Assembly (NCBI RefSeq): GCF_009914755.1
Contig: NC_060937.1
Strand: one strand, 5' to 3'
Length of the DNA: 64,000 bases
DNA from: the human T2T-CHM13v2.0 reference genome, Homo sapiens
Below are positions 55,850-64,000 of this stretch, one piece after another; within the stretch, counting starts at the first letter, position 1; every line of letters starts with the position of its first letter. The translations under genes and the position numbers were made by a program. Under the pieces are notes generated by a model. That model worked only from the letters and a program-made list of their open reading frames with translations, was not told where the DNA came from and did not search any database.

Positions 55850-56460
55850 CGCCGCAGTCATGATGCAGAATGTGTCCGTCATCCCCAATTTTCCCTGCCT
55901 CATGGCAGGCGGTCGTCTTTCCTGAGACCCAGCCCTGCAGCCACTCGTCTGCTTTCTGTTCCTAGTGTTGCCTTCTCTAGAATGGCATCTAAATGGAAAC
56001 ACAGTCTGTGCCTCGTTTCTTTCATGTAGACTAATATTTTTGATATTCATTCGTTCTTGATCATATCAGTAGTTGTTTCCTTTTCATTGCTTCGTAGAGT
56101 TCAGGTGTATAAATGTACCAGAATTTATTCACCAGTTGATGGAAATTTTGATTTTTTTTTCTTTTCCTCCAGTTTTTGGCTAGTGTGAATAAACCCACTG
56201 TAATATTTGCATGCAAGTATTTATGGGTACATATGTTTTCATTTCTCTTGGGCAACTATCCAGGAGTGTGATTGCTAAGTCTTACAGGAAATATACGTTA
56301 AACCGTATAAGAAACTGACAAACTGTTTCCAAAGTGGTTATACCATCTTGCATTCCTACAAGCAATTTATGAGAATTCCAGTTACTCCTCATCCTCATCA
56401 GCATTTGGTATTTTCCACGTATTATAAATTTAATTAGTATTCTATGCATTGTTTCAAATA
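55850..56460 (-). mobile_element. L1M fragment
   Basis: Antisense L1 ORF2-end/3'UTR motifs (gttttcatttctcttggg...aaactgtttccaaagtggttatacc). Confidence 0.7.
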
Positions 56461-56899
56461 TTATATATAACCTTGTGGGTTCTGTCCAGCTGCAGAGAAT
56501 TATTATTATGGCCAATCCAAATCCTCTAGCTCAATTTTCATTATAGTTTGGAGGACAGGTTAGTGTTATGGAAATCATTATTTGCTTCTGCTTAGAGCAA
56601 AGGAATTAATTACAGCTCCTATTAGAAATTTTTTCTTCCTTTTATTAAACCAATATTGATTGATTGCCTATCATATGACAAATACAAATAACATGTGATT
56701 CCTGCCTTCTGGGAATTCATGTTCCTGTGAGGGAGGTGGACCAATAAATACAATTGCAATATAATGTGGTTCATGCTAAATCTCAGAGGGGGAATGGCTA
56801 CTCAGTTCAGCATGAGGCCTTTAGGTGTTATTAGTATTTCTCATATCTAAAAGCAGAACTGACTCTGGAATGGCAGGAAAATTGTTGAAGTTCATGTGG

Positions 56900-57715
56900 C
56901 TGAGAGGTTTTCATTCCCCCCTGACACCAAAGATGTGGTATCTTTTTCAGCATGGATTCTCCAATTCTCCAACATCAACTGAGTGTTCAACGATTCGATT
57001 CCATTCTGACACTTGGTTCCACAAGACTGTCTCCATTTCAGATGCCAGGCTACCCACATTTTTGCCTGGCTGACTACAAATCTGGAGGCTCCCTTGACAT
57101 CTCCTAAATCTGGAGGTTCCCTTGACATCTCCTTGTGCAGGTTTCAAAACTCACTAGAATGACTCACATAACTCAGAGAAAGCATTACTTACTATGATTG
57201 GTTTACTATGATGAATGTAGCTCAGGAATAGCCACATGCGACAGATGCACAGGGTAAGGGATCAGGGGAATGTGTGTGCATGGGGCTCCCACATGCTCCC
57301 TGGATGTGCCGCCCTTCTAGCATCCTGATGGGCTCCTCAGCCTGGAGCTTCTCCAAACCCCATTGTTTATGGGTTTTAATGGAGGTTTCATTACATAGCA
57401 TAATTGATCAAATTATTAACCATTGGTGATTGAACTCAATCTCCAGCCCCTCTTCCCTTTTCAGAGGTAGGGGAAGTCCAGCTGAAAGTTCCAACCTTCT
57501 AACCGCTTGGTTGGTTCCTCTGGCAACCAGCCCCTATCCTGAATCCATCTAGGGGCCCAGCAAGAGTCACCTCCTTAACATAGACTCAGTATTGTTGAAA
57601 AGGGCTTATTATGAGTAACAAAAGATACTCCTATCACTCCAGAAATGCCAAGGGTTTTAGGAACTCTATGCCAGGAACCAGTGTCAATGATCAAATATAT
57701 TTTCTACTATACCAT
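56900..57715 (-). mobile_element. MER21C-like LTR
   Basis: ctagaatgactcacataactcag...ggaggtttcattacatag...gaaagttccaacc...ccaagggttttagg; homologous to 51195-52018. Confidence 0.65.
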
Positions 57716-57756
57716 AGGAAGTCTAGCTTATCATCGAAAAAAATCATTCATGACAT

Positions 57757-58241
57757 TTGTTAAAACAATAAGGCCGAATTCATTCAGGGGGATTATCTTG
57801 ATAGGTAAAGAGACCACTGCCATGGGGTTTTACAGTAGGGTGAGAAATTGGACTCAGCTCTAAATCTATCAGAGACAAGTGAGGTTTTACAGCCAAGGGT
57901 GGGAGTCAGTAGGTGCCAAATTATGAAGAAAAAACCTCAGGAGTACAGGGGATTCTGTCTGAACTTATTCAGAATCCTGCAGGCACTAGAGTGCTGAGAT
58001 ATCACCTGGGGATGGTGGGGGAGTGAGGACATTGCTCAGAACACACGTTGAGTGCAGGAGGTTCTGTGGGGAGTGAGGAAATTGATCAGAACACTTGTTG
58101 AGGGCGGGAAGTTCTGGCTAAACTGACTTAGCAGGTTTCTGGCTCTTGGCTCTTGAGGACAAGGCCCAAGGATGAGACCTTGTTGAAAAAGTAGCTCAGA
58201 GGAGCCTGACTAGAGTTTGGTCAAGAAGAGAATCTTTGTTG
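57757..58241 (-). mobile_element. MER31-like ERV1 LTR
   Basis: Minus strand begins caacaaagattctcttcttgaccaaactctagtcaggctcctctgagc; contains ctgctaagtcagtttagcc. Confidence 0.6.
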
Positions 58242-58939
58242 CTATTTGACCCAAGGTTTATAGTCATTTGTCCCGAGCTCATTTCTTCATGGTAGTCTGT
58301 GTAGCTACTGAAAATGAGTTGGTTTCTAGTTTGGCCACCAATTCTCTTAACTCAAGCACAGCACTGGTAACATTTAGAAAGGGCTGGCACATATATCCTT
58401 TCATCCGACTGTGGCACCGACTGGCATCTCCAGGCTTCTGCGTGTACTTAAATCTTTGTTATACATTTATTATAGGACGTTCCATGGTTTATATGTTTTT
58501 ATACTAAAATCTATATGCTTATCTGTGTGACTTCCTTTTGGGCAGAGACTGAATCACATTAATCTTTATGTCTTCCACTTTTAGTAAAGGGACCACCTTA
58601 ATATGTGTTAAATGCAAAAATGAAATGCATCAATTTCCTGATCTCTAAAGCAGAACTAATAATTTATATGACCAGGAATCAAAATAATGTAAATGATTTG
58701 GGAGGCTTTAGTGCACAGAGAACAAGTCTGCATAACCACAGCAAAGCAAAATGTTTAATAGCCTTGTTCTGATAATTTAGGTAAGATATATGTGTTTTGA
58801 TTCAGATAATCACCTGAATTTTCCAGTTTGTTTGAATGAGAAACTTATTGAAAAGAGAGACAATGATCACAGGAATAATATTAAAAAATGTAGGGAGAGT
58901 CGCGGGGCATTTTTGTTCACTTTACAAAACAGTTTGTAA

Positions 58940-59285
<346 letters not shown>

Positions 59286-59360
59286 AACATAAACATTTTT
59301 AACATTTATGTTTGTGTTTAATATCCAGAAAATAATATTTGTCAGAGTTATTGGCCAATG

Positions 59361-59849
59361 GGTTCTACTCGGTGACAATGGAACCATTCCATTTCATGTG
59401 ATTCATTATAGAGTTCCTCCAACATAGCAGGTTCTACTCGGTGACAACGGAATCATTCTGTTTCATGTGATTCATTTATAGAGTTTCTCTAACATAGCAG
59501 GTTCTACTCAGTGACAACGGAACCATTCTGTGTCATGTGATTCATTTATAGAGTTCCTGTAACATAGCAGGTTCTACTCGGTGACAACGGAACCATTCTG
59601 TTTCATGTGATTCATTATAGAGTTCCTCTAACATAGCAGGTTCTACTCGGTGACAAGGGAACTATTCTGTTTCATGTGATTCATTATAGAGTTCCTCCAA
59701 CATAGCAGGTTCTACTCTGTGACAATAGAATCATTCTGTTTCCTGTGATTCATTATAGAGTTCCTCCAACATAGCAGGTTCTACTCTGTGACAATAGAAT
59801 CATTCTGTTTCCTGTGATTCATTTGTAGAGTTCCTCCAACATAGCAGGT
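59361..59849. repeat. 69-70-bp minisatellite (7 units)
   Basis: Unit ggttctactcggtgacaacggaaccattctgtttcatgtgattcattatagagttcctccaacatagca at 59361, 59430, 59500, 59570 and onward. Confidence 0.95.
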
Positions 59850-60934
59850 GTGCTTACCACAACACTCTCTCTTCCCTGCATCTGTGCACCTGCAGGAGTT
59901 TTGAGTACAATAGAGCAGGGGCAGTTAACGTGGCATTTCTTCCTCCCATTTTTCATGAAGGTTTTGAATTTTATTAGAAGTTCGTCAGGTACTATTTTCT
60001 GATTTTTTTAATGTAAAAGCCTTCTTTTAGATGTTTTGTTTGCTTACCTGTGCTTCCTTGCTTGATTGCCGTTCTTACACATCAGGATCTTGAATGGGTT
60101 TTCAGAGATTTACTTTGAGATCTGTTTCTCAAGCTCATTGACAGTTAGTTACTCTTGATGTCTCCCACTTTGTTAAATTTAGATGAAAATTCTCCTTGAT
60201 TTGTTTTATTTTGTATTCAGTCACCCTTTGACTGAATACAAAACATTTTGAAACAAACATTTATTGTTTTCTAGGTTAAATGTTTTCTTTATTATTTTTC
60301 CTCATGGACAGGGTGCTTTGTTTCCCACTGCTTACATTGAGGGTTGAAATTCAGAACAGAAACAGTAAATCTTTCCAGTTCCACAGGAACGAGAATGGCA
60401 ACGACATATATGAGGCCACGGTGGAGAAATAATGGGAAACATTTGAAACTTTAAGAATAAGACAACTGTAAGGGTTTATCACTTGTCATATTCTGTTTGG
60501 TATTGACAAGATACAACCAAAGGGATCCTCATCTGCTATGGTATATGGGAAGTTTATACACATTAGAGGAATGAGCAGGAGCAGAATGGAGTAAAGAAAG
60601 AATTTAGGGCGTTTAGGTGTTCGGAGAAAGCAGCAGTTTTTTTTTGGGGGGGGTGGGAGGAGAAATGGCTGTTGCTTTAGGGAAGAAAAGCATGGGTTAC
60701 TGCCCTCCTTGCTCCTGTGGGGTCTGGAAAAATATCAGAGAATAAACACCTTCCCATCTATTTTTTTTTCTGTCATTTTCTAAAGGTGACTTTATTCCAT
60801 GGTAAAGAGTAAACTTATAGAATAAATCATGTCTAAGTGTTTAAGTGAAACATCTTTGTTTACTTCTCAGTTAAAATACAAAAAGAAGAAACCCGGTGTT
60901 CAAAAACAATTTCAGAACTCAAATTTACATTTCC

Positions 60935-61015
60935 CCTGGAACAATGAAGCTGCCATCATCCTGAAAAGTATTTTCCTGGAACAATGAAGCTGCCATCATC
61001 CTGAAAAGTATTTTC
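60935..61015. repeat. Perfect 40-bp tandem duplication
   Basis: cctggaacaatgaagctgccatcatcctgaaaagtatttt starts at 60935 and 60975. Confidence 0.92.
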
Positions 61016-61287
61016 ACAGGAAAAAAAGGAAGGTGGGACTAAATTTCTGGAACACAAATCAAGAGTTTATGTAACAACTAAGAAAACTGGAATATCCACT
61101 ATAAACCCATCCAAAAAGGACCAACATACCAGGCTAAATATAGGAAAAAATTTCATTTAAAATTTAGAGGTGTTAGGATCAGGCCAATAAATAAGAACAC
61201 TAATATGTCCTTCATAAAAAGGAAAGATGTCCATACATGACGTAATGTCTTCCACAGGAAAACAGTTGCCTTTATTAAGAGAAGTGA

Positions 61288-61770
<483 letters not shown>

Positions 61771-62112
61771 TAGTGATTTTTTTTTATGTGACTCGTAGTT
61801 TTGAAAAGTGCTGAAATAAAGTAAAATTTTTACTTAGCACAGAGAGGGGTTGATTTTCTTTTTCTCTCAATGGTGAGTCGAGTTTCTTTGAATAGTTTTG
61901 CCTTTACCTGATTCCACTGGTTTCCATGTATTTATAATTTTTTTTGGAGTCTGGCCTTGAGAAAATTTTCAAGGTAACTAATATTCACGAAGCACATATT
62001 GATCACACTGCCAAGCATTGTGTTTGGGATGGAGAGTCACAGATGAGAAGAAATGGCCTTTGGGGAACATGGAGTCTCATGGGAGCAGGAGAGGTGAAAG
62101 CAGTTGCAGCCG

Positions 62113-62955
62113 ATGAAATTCAGGGCTTGACACCACAAAGTACGACACCTTGGCATTTGAGAAAACCACAGACGCAGGAAGGACCCTCTGACCTTCTCCC
62201 ATCCCTCTCCCCTGAAGCAGGTGATAAAAACTAGAAAAGAGGCAGGGCACAGTGGCTCATGCCTGTAATCTCAGCACTTTGGGAGGCTGAGGCAGACGGA
62301 TCACCTGACGACAGGAGTTCGAGACCAGCCTGTCCAACGTGGTGAAACCCCATCTCTACTAAAAATACAAAAATTAGCGGGACGTGGTGGTGGGTGCCTG
62401 TAATCCCAGGCATGGGAGGCTGAGGCAGGAGAATCCCTTGAACTCAGGAGACAGAGGTTGTAGTGAGCCGAGATCATGCCACTGCACTCCAACCTGGGCG
62501 ATGGAGTGAGACTCCTTCTCAAAAACAACAACAACAACAACAACAAAACTAGAAAATAATTTTCTGACCTTCCCCAGAATTAGGTCATAAGATCCTCATG
62601 TGAGAGGTGCCCACCTCATATCTGGAAGTAATGAATGTCCTTGTTCTGAGGACATGAGGACAGAGAAGAAACTGAGAAAACAGGCCTCATTCAAAAAGTG
62701 TTGCCTTGGTTTGTTACCATTAGGCCCTTCCTCCTTTGTCCGATGATACTTCTCTACAGCTATCCACGAAGTCACACCCAGCATCAAGATGCACAGATCA
62801 CTCTGTTTCTTTGGGTCTTCATTTTCCAAGGCTCTCATGTCACATGAGACTTACTTTAGTAAATCTGTACGCTTTCCACTTGTTAATCTGTCTTTTGTTA
62901 CTTGGGCTTCAGCCGTGAACCCAGTAATGGCTGAGAAAGGAAATATTTCCTCCAG
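62113..62955 (+). mobile_element. MER39-like LTR interrupted by an Alu
   Basis: caccttggcatttgagaaaacc...gcaggaagg...cctgaagcaggtgataa; continues after the Alu. Confidence 0.65.
62241..62545 (+). mobile_element. AluS
   Basis: Full Alu with (CAA)n tail; TSD aaaactagaaaa. Confidence 0.93.
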
Positions 62956-63399
62956 TGTCCAGGCCACTGTGATATGCGCAATGAGGGGGTCTGAGTAGAG
63001 ACCCAACTGAATCCCATCTCTTCATAGAGACACAAAACCTTTATTTAGAGCAAATAAAATATCCCTAAATCTCCACTGTAACCTGAAAAGACAAAAGCTA
63101 TTATGATATGGACAAAACTAAGCTCAGCAAGAAAATGCTGTTGGTGTGTCTACTTTTTCTTTGGTTTACTTTCTCATTGGAAAATGCAATATGGTTAAAC
63201 ACTTTTCCCCACATAATCTTTTTCTGATGTAATATTTTGTCTTCAGCCCCATGAGACTTCAAGATCTTAACATAAAGTTGAAAACCTTGAGAGAGTTACT
63301 TGTATTCCTGTGGGGTCAATAGAAAGCCTTTCCTATGGGCCTTTCTGAGGGCAAACATCTAACATCTGTGGGTTTCCAGGACCTCATGATGTAGTCTAA

Positions 63400-63705
<306 letters not shown>

Positions 63706-63926
63706 TAAAGTCTTTTCTACCTTCATAAAGGTTGACGAAAAGCTCAGATTTTTCCACAAATGAGCTATTTGAAAGCCACAAACACAGACTAACACCTATT
63801 ACAGTTGTTTGGTCAGTAAATAAAAATTACTAATAATGTGGGAATTATTATCTTTTTGACTGTGGGAGTAAGTGCTTCTCTGGTACAGGTTTCCTGTTAT
63901 CTTTATGTGGGCAAAAGAAAGACATA

Positions 63927-63967
<41 letters not shown>

Positions 63968-64000
63968 CAGTTGACTGGGATTCTGAAAACCAAATTCTCA

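Overview
Human-type (primate) nuclear DNA, gene-poor and dense in repeats. I find no credible intact protein-coding gene; the ORF track is explained by Alu, LTR and tandem-repeat frames. The standout feature is an 867-bp, ~99%-identical piece of mitochondrial MT-ND5 (a NUMT, 15306-16172, about m.12361-13227). It sits inside a ~58-bp minisatellite, itself apparently derived from an old L2, and is flanked by a 4-bp duplication (TACA). It differs from rCRS, as I recall it, at five positions, four of them synonymous third-codon changes. It matches my recollection of an already reported polymorphic NUMT on chr21p that causes false heteroplasmy calls, so it is probably not new. The rest is a mosaic of solo ERV LTRs (3 LTR12, 3 LTR9-like, MER57, MER34, MER39, MER21, MER31, LTR15-like, THE1D, MLT/MST), about 10 Alus, DNA-transposon fossils, L1/L2/MIR fragments and five unrelated minisatellites. 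One of these is a CpG-dense 36-bp VNTR whose unexpanded ancestral monomer is still visible upstream. I found no convincing undescribed multi-gene system. Repeat subfamily names come from recall of consensus sequences and need RepeatMasker/Dfam confirmation.
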